Assembly (NCBI GenBank): GCA_000002435.2
Contig: CM018792.1
Direction: 5' to 3' (one strand)
Length of the DNA: 64,000 bases
DNA from: Giardia intestinalis
Lineage: Eukaryota
The notes beneath the pieces were generated by a model. The model did not search any database and was not told the DNA's origin. It saw nothing but the letters and a program-made list of their open reading frames with translations. Of this stretch, positions 37,812 through 47,420 are shown one piece after another. Made by a program: the position numbers and the translations under genes. Every line of letters begins with the position of its first letter. Position 1 is the stretch's first letter.

Positions 37812-40800
37812 ATGAGCATAAGTCAAGGGGCAAGCGCCTTCAGCGATCAACCTAGTGATCTTCCTGCTGTGCTGCGCAAGAATGAAGTGAGCGCAGAGCA
37901 CCCCAAGATTAGCGTGTTCTATGACTCTTTACGGCTACGCGAGGGCTATCAAAGCAACCCGGTTCAGCGCGAGGTCCATATCCTCTTTAACAGTTGGGTT
38001 GGAATCTCTAAGCCGCCCCCCTTGCTTCCCCCATCGAAAGATCTTTCTCAACCATTTGGGTGCGACGTTCTTTTCGACTCTATCTCCAGCTCACCGTCCA
38101 CCCCTGTTATGTCCTCTGATCTCTCAACCCCGGGGTGTACATCGTTTAACACAGGATATTGTGAGCTTTCGTATTTGGACAGTCTGAACGAGTCTAGCCA
38201 AAGTGCATCTATAAATGCTGACCCCCACTCCAAAGACCTCACATTTCCTGGCCCTGCTCTTATCCAGCCACTGACACGGGACACCCTCACACGTACTAAT
38301 ACTTCCGGCCTGACTGCTGTTCCTGATTTGCCAACGCTCCCAGGTCTGTCTAATCTGCAGACTCTAAAAGTAGTTCCGAGTGACCTCACGCCACCTATAG
38401 TCTCTATACAATCGGCGCCTGTTCTAAACACTTGGGCTGCCCGGTCTCGTTCAGAAGTGACCAGTGGCGTCTCTCACACCGGCACGGCAAATCCATCCCA
38501 GGCCGACTCACAGACGACAAGTTCCTCCGGCACACGGCGTCAAAAGACTATGGAGCTCACCAACGCAGAAACGGGGATGCATGTTGTTGTTATCAAACCA
38601 GCAGTCAAGTCGCGTACCAAAAAACAGAAGAGAGAGACTGCACAAAACAGAAGCGGCAGCGAGAAGTTACATGCCAACCCCGAAGACGCTCCTCGACGGG
38701 TTGTCCAATCTTCTTCGGATACAACACAGATATTTCTTCCTGCCACTGTTACTCCAACTGCTCAATCATGTGCAGATTCTAAGAGTGATCCCCGCACAGT
38801 TATAGGTCTGACGTTTGAGTCAGAGCACAACAGATGTGAAGCTGATTTTGAGCCGTCCCCACGGAAAAGCAATCCCGATGGCTCATCCCCGGACACATCG
38901 CCCCTCAGTGCTATTGCAGACGATTTGAATCCCCCAATTTTCAATGGCCTGCTTAATGATGCTCTTCTAGATCCGAGGGAGCTGGAAGCAAATTATCTCA
39001 TCTCAAAGAATGACATCGCACTCGACATGGGAGGAGACGGTACCTACTCTGCTACTGATCCAGCGCACTTGCTGGGCTCTCCCCAAAACTGCACGGAGGT
39101 CATCTCAGACTTTTCAAGCACTGAAGTTACATATGAAACACCCCTAAGCGACCGACACCTCAAGTGGCGCAAGTCTGCGACGAAGGACGCTGTTCTTCTC
39201 CATCATACTCAAAGGACCCTGCTGTCTACTTCGGAGGGAAAGGGCTATACATACCAAGGCCGCACCAATTCAAGCACTCATGAACATTGCTTTATGGCTG
39301 ACTTCGACATTTTTCAACCATACAATGCTGCAGGCGTAGAGAGTGTTCTGCAGGCAAAGCGTACACGTAGGGACATTCTGAGTTTGTTGCTCTCTACTGG
39401 CTGTGGCGTAGCGATGAGACTAGGTTCATGGATGGTTACCATCTTATTGTTTGTAGCTTACCTTTTTGCTACGGGGGTGCTATTTGCCGTCAATAGGCTT
39501 TCATCGTTCATGCTCATGTCTCTTAGGGATCCTGTCCGTATCCTGCTACCCTTTGTATTGGTCACTTTCCTTAAGCGCTTGCTGTTTATCATTCCCTTTA
39601 TTTCTCATTATGTGGTGGAGTGGTTCTACCCCAGCATTATCGACGAAGCCCTGCTGGCCAATGGAAGCTACTACGGAGAGGGCAAAGTGCCAGATAAACG
39701 AGTGCTACCCACATATCTTTCATTGGATAGATCGTACAAAGACTTCTTCCCACCCATCTTTGTTCACTCCTCCAAAAAGAAAACAGGTTTTCTCGAGTAT
39801 CTCAAAGTGGTGATGGGGTCCATCCCAGTGAGCGATGTCCTACATAATATGCTCGACCAGACGTTTCAGTTGCGCCTTTACGCCCTCTATGGACAACCGG
39901 GACTGCGCCACGATGTTGGACTGTCCTCCAGCCTGAGCATAGCAACTCAAGACTATTTCGAGGTTCCTCTCAGCAGTTACAAGCTTTTTCATGACACCCC
40001 TAATGGAAGATTGCCACACAGTGGGAAGCAGCAGCTTAGTCGCTACTTTAACAGCTACCTCCCGATACAGGAGCACCATGTGAAGCCAATGACTTTTAGT
40101 TCCGAATACACTCTGGTCGGTAATGACCACTTAACTGAGAATGAGTATCGTCGAGCAAGTCTAAAGATGTACGATGTTGGTGAAAGGTTTAGACAGCCAG
40201 AAGGCAAGGATTATCAGGATATTTATTCTCACTACGGATTGCTAGCCGATCCCCATTCTATATATGAGCGACCGGGGGATGACATACGCTCTAAGAACTA
40301 TCGCTACAGAAGAATCATGGCCGGAGAGTACTTAGTTGTCGTTTCAGGGTCTGTTTCGGACTCCTTCTCGCCCACAGGTACGTCCGCAGATGCAGCAACG
40401 GTCCGGAAGTGGTTGGCCTATGGCTTTGTTCTTTTCGGCAGATCCAGCGTCTATGGGCCATTTATGGCCAAGGACACACATTACATAGTTAACCGAAGAA
40501 TCATTAATAATGACCATACAACGCTAACGGTCTCAGACAATACTGGAAACATTGTACGAATAACGTTGGAAGATCCTAACTTCACCCTTTACTGCCGCTC
40601 TCTGACACCAAGGCATTTGGAGATATCCAAGACTGCTAATGCAAGGGGCGACAACGACTCTATTCATGGAACCTTTGATAATTGTAATTTCAACGATTTA
40701 ATCATTTACTATAATCGCCCATTTACGTTTGATGAGAAGCCAGCGTTTATAAAGTTTGACACATTCGAGACTCTTGACGCCAGAGTGGCCCCCATTGCAG

Positions 40801-43800
40801 AGCGTAAGATCAAAGGCGAAGAGCGCTTGTTAACGGAGGACCTGCGGGTCACTCTTATAGACCCTACCTTCCCCCGCCTCTCCAAGGTCAACAACTCTGC
40901 CACACTGATCACCATCAACCCAAAAGTCCACATAAACGTGCTCTTTCAGAGCAGCAAGGTCCCCCTAGATAGAGTTGTAGAGTGCAGTGGTCGTGACTGC
41001 TCGAATAAGCTCTTGGCCGCGCCAGAGTATCTCCAATACTTTCGACCTGTGTCTGATGATTATCTCAGTTACCTTTCTATTAAGCCCCTTGTGGCGCCTG
41101 TGCCAGTGACACAGAACAGCCTATGGCCTTTCACAGATACTCAACTGGCATATTTCTATAAGGAATTAACGTTTTCCAGAGCACAGGTCACAAGGCAACT
41201 TGAAAGCTGCAGAAATAAAGATAAGAATAGCCACGGAGGCATCGACGAGTCCCAAAGGGATACGGGAATCTCCTCCATTCTCCAGCCGACTAAACATTCT
41301 CGGCATCGGTGCTCGCATTCATATATGGCTGACCTGCAGAACAACCTGAAGGTAATAGATTTGCAGATCCAGGACGTTGTTGCGTCTCAACAAGGCTATA
41401 CAGTCCTTACCTGTCTTTCAAACCGGAGCACAGACGAGCTGAAGACGACAACGCGGAGCCTGCGGACCATGGAGTGCACATTTCTTTTCCAGCGGATCGT
41501 CATTTCGCTTTTTTGTAGCTGGATTCTTTCGTGTGCGATCCACACTCATGCGAAGATTTTTTATGGTCTGGTTCATCAGGTGCAGAAGGGCACCTCACCT
41601 AAGAACAAGTCTAGTGCACATAGCGGCATTGCTGTGTCGTCGTATACGATGCTGTTTATTTCGCTGTGCTCTGGGATTCTCCGCCTCATCGACGCGTCAA
41701 GGAAGGGTGTTCGGAAGCGTACCGCCGTAGACTTTGCCACTTATCTTTTTGCACAAGCAATCAAGAGCTTCATCACCTTCTATCCGATGTACCTCATCTA
41801 TGTGAATGCGCCCAGATTGCTGGCGGCGCTGTACCTATCCAATCTACAGTATCGCTTGATAATAGCGTACGTCGTTGTGATGCTTCTTTCTGGTCAGTTC
41901 TTTGCCCACTTTGGGCTCTATAATCCTGCCAGCGGCCACCTCCCATATAGACTGCTCAAGAGCTTTAGTGAGAAGGTTGGCACGTTGACTCTGACCGTGG
42001 CCAAGAGTACAGCGTTTCGGTCCTTTTCGTTGTTATTATTGCGTGTACTTAACACAGAGCTTCTTCTTGTCGCCCCTGCGCTTATGTGGTTGTTCACTTC
42101 CGTTGTATTCCGGGTTATGTACCATCTTTCCATCGAGGGGATTTATGGGGGTGAGGAGCGGTTTTCGCACTCTCTCTACCGCGTGACTTTTAGTACTTTT
42201 GATTTTGTGATCCACCCTTCTCTATATTCCTCTTCGCTTTGTGTTTTACTGCTAAGTCTATTTCTGCTTCTTTCGTGTGATACGTTCGTTACTAACTGGA
42301 AGCTAACGTACTCTTTGCGACACATGCCCTCTTACACATCACCTGATCAGCAGCTGCCATCATCGTATCTTACTTCTACCTTTTCACAAAAGCCGTTTAT
42401 CCTTTTCGATACTGATTCCGCCCGCTTTGTTGACGAAGTGCGCAAGATCTATCCTGATCTGTTTAATGTGCAACTTGGGGCACAGCCCAAGCGGAAAAGC
42501 GCGCCATCTTCACGCCGGCATTCTGCAGCTTCACCAAGCACCTCCTCTGCCTCCAGCAGCGATGTCTTTTACTTCCGCCCCATCGAGGCTGTTACACCTA
42601 TTTATTATCTGGAAGAGTTGGGGCCTTGGTCACCCAAGATCTATCTTTACGGTAGCGCAGTGTATAAGAAGTTGTTTTCAGTGCCAGGCGTCTATGGATC
42701 CCTAGTTGCCACGACAATCTGGGTTTCTCCTCATGAACCTTATGTTTCGAGTGCGTGTCCAGCTAGTGATGCGTCCTGCACCTTTGCAAATGATATGTAT
42801 CAGGATATAAACTCTCTTCTGGCCCGGCCTCTTCGGTCATATCTCCAGGATTCGCGAAGGTTTTCGACAGTGATGTATGATCAGCCAGCAGATTTTCCGG
42901 GTAAGCATCAGCTGCAGAGCATATTGCATACTAGGGCAACTCTTTTCATTCGAACCACGAAGCGAATGGCGAGAACAGTGAGGCTGCAGTGCGCCACGCT
43001 CCCATGGTCTGTCTTTCTTCCAACCTATGAGTTTAAGATATCGCGATTTGTAATGCCATCCCAAATGCTTCATGCATTGGTATTCAACAATGCTCCTGGA
43101 CAGCCCATTGATCCTGTGATGAGCCTCGCCCTTTTCTTCAATGGAATAACTTTACCCTCGGCTCTGCTTCACCAAATGGTTCCGATGCAGTACACCTTCA
43201 CCGCTTCTCCTGAAGCAATACTCAAGTTGCAAAATTCTTTTGGGCACAGTCTTGTCAAGTATCTGCTTCTTCCTGTGAGTGGATATATGGTGACCAGAGG
43301 CTCGTCAGTTTCTCCGCCGAGCTTCCATTTGAACATTGTCGATCGCCCAGTCAGGCACGTTATCAATAGCGGAAGTGAGCAAGTGGAGACGGCCAGGTTC
43401 TTGTTAACTGACGACGAGGTGAACAGGGCAGTCAGCCTGGGAAACAACTTACTCGGAGGGCTCAAGGAGGTGCTCACTATTGACCAAGGAGAGCAACTGA
43501 GCAAGACCTCCGCTCCTCTGGGTGCCATAGTTCGTGACGACATGATTCCGAGGCTTACGCCACAAGATCTGCTGTTTGTGCTCTCGGTGTCGTTTTTGGA
43601 TTACTTTACAGTCGGCCACTTGCATCAAAGTCCTGATTCTCTGTCGCAAGATTTTCTACTACATTGCCCCAGCGACCTTGTACGCGCGAAGGACACAAGC
43701 CGGCACCGTGAGCATTCTGGAACCACAGACTCGCTGGGGAATCATATACCTTCTATCCGTGGTGGTATATATAATAATTATTTTCGACACGAGCTGAAGT

Positions 43801-45173
43801 GCTTGCGCTCAGACTATTCTCGACTTTTGCAGTACATCTGCCGGAAGGATGCCACCGAGTGTGGATATCTTCCTTTAGATCTCAGTGTGTATCGCCTCGT
43901 CTCCATCTTGGGGCGTCTGCCTCTTTTCAATCAGGGTTCTGTGTTAAGCCAGGGCACCCTATTCAACTTCAATCACTGCAATCTGCTGACCTGGATCGAT
44001 GGAGTGCTAGAGAAGGTTGCGGGTCATCGGGAAGTTCACAGCTGCTGTGCAGGGTTTGCTTCTGTGGTTTTCGAGGCATCCTCTGCGAGTCTCAGGTTCT
44101 TCGGACTAAATAAGAAAACAGTATCTGCCTTTCTTAGTAGGTTGGAACAGCCAGAGGAATACGTAGATACGGAGTTAGAGCGTGCCACATTTACTGAAGA
44201 TAAAGACTTAGATAGTACCTTGCTGGATTCCATTAACTTCGTCATCAACAGAATATATTTGCGCGTGCTGGAGCTTTCTGTCCTCAGCGTAGTTAGTCGT
44301 GCTGTCAGCACCATGTACCACTTTGTTCTTCAGGCATCCGGTTACACCACTGGTTCTTTGGAGCATCTCGCAGACGGGTTTAGGCGTGGAGAGGTCTACA
44401 CATCCTTCTTTATGGCGCTCCCGTCTTCTGTACGTCAGCTTTATAACGAAGAGCACAACCTGTTTTGCAATACATGTAACAGGGAGCTTCTAGAAATGTT
44501 TCGGCTTTCAGACGCGCACAGACTTGTAGCAGACTATGCCATGCAGAACCAGCTTTGTTCCTCGTGCTTTGCAAGCTATTACACCAACATTGTCTATCCT
44601 CTTGCTTCTTATGAGAGCGACATCACTTCGTTTCTCTTTAAGCGAATTGCAAAACAATTTACCAAGGCTTGGTGCTGTGAAGATGTGCTTTCGCTAATAT
44701 ATCATGCTGGCTTTGTTTCCGATGAGTACTTCCTCAAGCAGCTGTGCCACGAAGCTAATGCATTCATCAAAAAGGCACCTCCAAGCGCATATGCAATCAC
44801 CACCAGTGGATGCGTAGTAATAAGCTCTGGTGAGCTAAGTGAGGAGACACGCATTCTGAGACTGCATAAAGTATCCGAGGCCCTCTTGAGTGCGTTGCTG
44901 CAGATCCAAAGGATGCGTCATGTCTGCATGTTTAAGGCGCAGACATATCAAACTTGTGTCCCGTATGCTACATATTGCGAGTCTCGGTTATACGTCGAGG
45001 ACTCGCAACACCTAGCCTTGTTACACACTCTCTTAAACAACGAGAAGGAGCATGCGGGTGCTAAGGATATGTTCCTATATTCATCTAAACATGAACCACT
45101 AGGTCGTGCATGTAAGCAAGGGCTACGCACAGATTGGTATTATGCTCTCATCCAAAGCTGTAGCAAATCTTAG
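37812..45173 (+). CDS. Giant hypothetical membrane protein, 2453 aa, with S/T/P-rich low-complexity N-terminal ~450 aa and multi-TM segments
   Basis: Single uninterrupted 7.36-kb ORF, ATG in the context aacattATG. Helices VTILLFVAYLFATGVLFAV, LLAALYLSNLQYRLIIAYVVVMLLSG, LLLVAPALMWLFTSVVF. Confidence 0.7.
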   Translation: MSISQGASAFSDQPSDLPAVLRKNEVSAEHPKISVFYDSLRLREGYQSNPVQREVHILFNSWVGISKPPPLLPPSKDLSQPFGCDVLFDSISSSPSTPVMSSDLSTPGCTSFNTGYCELSYLDSLNESSQSASINADPHSKDLTFPGPALIQPLTRDTLTRTNTSGLTAVPDLPTLPGLSNLQTLKVVPSDLTPPIVSIQSAPVLNTWAARSRSEVTSGVSHTGTANPSQADSQTTSSSGTRRQKTMELTNAETGMHVVVIKPAVKSRTKKQKRETAQNRSGSEKLHANPEDAPRRVVQSSSDTTQIFLPATVTPTAQSCADSKSDPRTVIGLTFESEHNRCEADFEPSPRKSNPDGSSPDTSPLSAIADDLNPPIFNGLLNDALLDPRELEANYLISKNDIALDMGGDGTYSATDPAHLLGSPQNCTEVISDFSSTEVTYETPLSDRHLKWRKSATKDAVLLHHTQRTLLSTSEGKGYTYQGRTNSSTHEHCFMADFDIFQPYNAAGVESVLQAKRTRRDILSLLLSTGCGVAMRLGSWMVTILLFVAYLFATGVLFAVNRLSSFMLMSLRDPVRILLPFVLVTFLKRLLFIIPFISHYVVEWFYPSIIDEALLANGSYYGEGKVPDKRVLPTYLSLDRSYKDFFPPIFVHSSKKKTGFLEYLKVVMGSIPVSDVLHNMLDQTFQLRLYALYGQPGLRHDVGLSSSLSIATQDYFEVPLSSYKLFHDTPNGRLPHSGKQQLSRYFNSYLPIQEHHVKPMTFSSEYTLVGNDHLTENEYRRASLKMYDVGERFRQPEGKDYQDIYSHYGLLADPHSIYERPGDDIRSKNYRYRRIMAGEYLVVVSGSVSDSFSPTGTSADAATVRKWLAYGFVLFGRSSVYGPFMAKDTHYIVNRRIINNDHTTLTVSDNTGNIVRITLEDPNFTLYCRSLTPRHLEISKTANARGDNDSIHGTFDNCNFNDLIIYYNRPFTFDEKPAFIKFDTFETLDARVAPIAERKIKGEERLLTEDLRVTLIDPTFPRLSKVNNSATLITINPKVHINVLFQSSKVPLDRVVECSGRDCSNKLLAAPEYLQYFRPVSDDYLSYLSIKPLVAPVPVTQNSLWPFTDTQLAYFYKELTFSRAQVTRQLESCRNKDKNSHGGIDESQRDTGISSILQPTKHSRHRCSHSYMADLQNNLKVIDLQIQDVVASQQGYTVLTCLSNRSTDELKTTTRSLRTMECTFLFQRIVISLFCSWILSCAIHTHAKIFYGLVHQVQKGTSPKNKSSAHSGIAVSSYTMLFISLCSGILRLIDASRKGVRKRTAVDFATYLFAQAIKSFITFYPMYLIYVNAPRLLAALYLSNLQYRLIIAYVVVMLLSGQFFAHFGLYNPASGHLPYRLLKSFSEKVGTLTLTVAKSTAFRSFSLLLLRVLNTELLLVAPALMWLFTSVVFRVMYHLSIEGIYGGEERFSHSLYRVTFSTFDFVIHPSLYSSSLCVLLLSLFLLLSCDTFVTNWKLTYSLRHMPSYTSPDQQLPSSYLTSTFSQKPFILFDTDSARFVDEVRKIYPDLFNVQLGAQPKRKSAPSSRRHSAASPSTSSASSSDVFYFRPIEAVTPIYYLEELGPWSPKIYLYGSAVYKKLFSVPGVYGSLVATTIWVSPHEPYVSSACPASDASCTFANDMYQDINSLLARPLRSYLQDSRRFSTVMYDQPADFPGKHQLQSILHTRATLFIRTTKRMARTVRLQCATLPWSVFLPTYEFKISRFVMPSQMLHALVFNNAPGQPIDPVMSLALFFNGITLPSALLHQMVPMQYTFTASPEAILKLQNSFGHSLVKYLLLPVSGYMVTRGSSVSPPSFHLNIVDRPVRHVINSGSEQVETARFLLTDDEVNRAVSLGNNLLGGLKEVLTIDQGEQLSKTSAPLGAIVRDDMIPRLTPQDLLFVLSVSFLDYFTVGHLHQSPDSLSQDFLLHCPSDLVRAKDTSRHREHSGTTDSLGNHIPSIRGGIYNNYFRHELKCLRSDYSRLLQYICRKDATECGYLPLDLSVYRLVSILGRLPLFNQGSVLSQGTLFNFNHCNLLTWIDGVLEKVAGHREVHSCCAGFASVVFEASSASLRFFGLNKKTVSAFLSRLEQPEEYVDTELERATFTEDKDLDSTLLDSINFVINRIYLRVLELSVLSVVSRAVSTMYHFVLQASGYTTGSLEHLADGFRRGEVYTSFFMALPSSVRQLYNEEHNLFCNTCNRELLEMFRLSDAHRLVADYAMQNQLCSSCFASYYTNIVYPLASYESDITSFLFKRIAKQFTKAWCCEDVLSLIYHAGFVSDEYFLKQLCHEANAFIKKAPPSAYAITTSGCVVISSGELSEETRILRLHKVSEALLSALLQIQRMRHVCMFKAQTYQTCVPYATYCESRLYVEDSQHLALLHTLLNNEKEHAGAKDMFLYSSKHEPLGRACKQGLRTDWYYALIQSCSKS

Positions 45174-45264
45174 TTTTCTACCTGGACAAGTATTCATTAC
45201 TTCATTAGATGGCCATAGAAATAACTACTTGTACACAAATGGACCTAGAAGTGGTGCTGAAAGA

Positions 45265-45368
45265 CGCGCCCGCCCGGCCCTTGACCCTCGTGGCCCCGTC
45301 GTCGGTGTTGGGCACGACGCGCCGCTGGGCCCTCTTGATGGGCGACTCGTCCGGAGGCTCTCCCGTCC
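45265..45368. repeat. 104-bp GC-rich fragment homologous (97/104 identical, gapless) to nt 1530-1633 inside element ORF2; isolated in an intergenic region
   Basis: Direct comparison of cgcgcccgcccggcccttgaccctcgtggccccgtcgtcggtgttgggcacgacgcgccgctgggccctcttgatgggcgactcgtccggaggctctcccgtcc with the segment starting at 1530. The encoded peptide GEPPDESPIKRAQRRVVPNTDDGATRVKGRAG matches GEPPDEPPIKRAQRRVVLNTDDGTTRTKVRAG. Confidence 0.7.
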
Positions 45369-45733
45369 ACGTACTTAGCACTATCCACGAGTTCACTTGT
45401 GATAAGAGGGCAAACAGTGAGGCTTGGTCATAAAAATGGAAATTCATGTGGTTATCGATAGTGGACAGGCATACCTAGAGCCGTCACGCAAGTATTCTGC
45501 CTCATATAGGAAAGATCCTAGGCCAGAAATGGCCGAATGCGAGGGCTGGTCTGTATTTGCGGAACTGTCTCAGTTGTTGCGGAAAGCTGAGGAAGACGGC
45601 TTTCCTCTGCTCTAAAAAGTCCCCTTAGTGGCTATGGGCGGCATAGACAACTATCCTTTCAGCGACAACTAGGTTTTAGTAAATCTTTGAGCTCAACACC
45701 GGGAATCTTGACTTCAGTAAAATTTCCAGGTAA

Positions 45734-47398
45734 ATGCACAAGCCGCACACAACGTCCAAGTACAGGAAGGAAAGTGCTAGGCGTGTAGGGGAGGGAGGTA
45801 CTGGGGGAATATATATGGCACGGAACATAGCCACTGGGGAGCGCGTTATTCTTAAGGAAATAAAGTTAAGCAGTGCCGACGAGGGACTAGCAATATCAGG
45901 TCTTCGGGAGAGCTGCATATTATCTTCGTGCAGACACGAAAACATCATCAGAATTATCGAGACCTATTACTGGCGGAAAAACATCATCCTTGTGTTAGAG
46001 CTCTGTGAAAGGGACATCGGCGCTGTACTGAACGATGGATATACCATTCCAAAGGAGTTCCGCCAGTCCATTTTCTTTATGGCTCTACGGGGGTTGCATT
46101 ACCTCCACAGTAAGTGGATTTTGCACCGTGACATAAAACTGTCGAACATCTTGATTGCACACGACGGAACAATAAAGCTGACTGACTTTGGTCTGAGCAG
46201 GTATTACAAATATAATGGCTTTGACACTGGCAATGTAGGAACACAGACATATAGAGCACCCGAGCTAATTTTGAAGGGGCAGCAATCCACACCTGCATCC
46301 GATGTGTGGAGCATGGGCATCTGCTTCTGTGAAATCATTTTTGGGTGCGATGGATCAAACTACACGTTCTATGATATGGTCTCTTACGAGTTGAGCATGA
46401 TGACGCATGAACCTGGCGGCAGCGGCTGCCAGCGCCATAAGGCAATCAACGCCAAAGATTTTAGGGAAGAAATACCGAAGTCTCACGGGGACGTACGCGA
46501 CACAACAATGCTCACTACTCTAAAGGAAGCCCTTGGCTATCCATCTTTGGAGGAGCGACAAGGTCTTTCACAAAATGACATTTATCGTGTGATATTCCCG
46601 GACGAGAAACATAACAAGGAAAGCAACCATGCGCCGAGCAATCCTTCCAGACTACTTAGAGATATACTGCACAAACATGGCGGGTCTGAAGAGGAAATAG
46701 ACCTCATTCTTCACATGCTGAATTGGTCGCCCTATATAAGGTACACCTCAGATCAGTGTCTTAGTCACCACATGTTCGCTAATATTTACTCCAGTTCCAA
46801 AGTAGATTGTACAAATAAAGTTGATAGCCAAATTATTCACAGTAGCCCTTCTGTTGTGAAGCACAGATTATCAGAGTTTCCTCGCAACAACCACCTAACC
46901 ACACGGCCAGATCAGAAACACAAGCAAGTCGCTATACCACGACTCAATACGCACAGCATAGTTCAAGACCATGTCCTCGACTTTGACGCACAGGTGCAGT
47001 TTCATAGTATTGACGGTCAGCGAGACCTTTCGTATTCCTTTTTGCTTGGTGCCTCTATGCTTGGTGAAAACTCTAACACGCCCCACTGTGGTCGGCACGA
47101 GTCTAACAAGCAGGAGAACGGTGTGCTCTCCAGGTTGCCCCTTCCACTAGAGTGTTCGGACGACAGTTCATGCGTAGTGTCATCAAAGAGATCCCACCCG
47201 CCGGTATGTCGCGAACAGGACCAAGAAGACCCAGTGCTACTCAACATGCTCAACAGCCTTACAGGTGGGTGTAATGAAGATCAGCTAGAAAGCGTGCATC
47301 GAAGTAGTCCTTTTGGATGTTTGTCTAGAAATTGGCAACAGAGCGCGTTTCATCAAGAAGCCACCAATGTAGACAATTCTTGGGATGATGCTAGTTAG
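45734..47398 (+). CDS. CDK-like (CMGC) protein kinase, 554 aa, with long C-terminal extension
   Basis: GEGGTGGIY; PSTAIRE-like GLAISGLRE; HRDIKLSNILIA; DFGLSR; GTQTYRAPELIL. Confidence 0.8.
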   Translation: MHKPHTTSKYRKESARRVGEGGTGGIYMARNIATGERVILKEIKLSSADEGLAISGLRESCILSSCRHENIIRIIETYYWRKNIILVLELCERDIGAVLNDGYTIPKEFRQSIFFMALRGLHYLHSKWILHRDIKLSNILIAHDGTIKLTDFGLSRYYKYNGFDTGNVGTQTYRAPELILKGQQSTPASDVWSMGICFCEIIFGCDGSNYTFYDMVSYELSMMTHEPGGSGCQRHKAINAKDFREEIPKSHGDVRDTTMLTTLKEALGYPSLEERQGLSQNDIYRVIFPDEKHNKESNHAPSNPSRLLRDILHKHGGSEEEIDLILHMLNWSPYIRYTSDQCLSHHMFANIYSSSKVDCTNKVDSQIIHSSPSVVKHRLSEFPRNNHLTTRPDQKHKQVAIPRLNTHSIVQDHVLDFDAQVQFHSIDGQRDLSYSFLLGASMLGENSNTPHCGRHESNKQENGVLSRLPLPLECSDDSSCVVSSKRSHPPVCREQDQEDPVLLNMLNSLTGGCNEDQLESVHRSSPFGCLSRNWQQSAFHQEATNVDNSWDDAS

Positions 47399-47420
47399 CG
47401 TGCCTCACTTACTCACGTTA

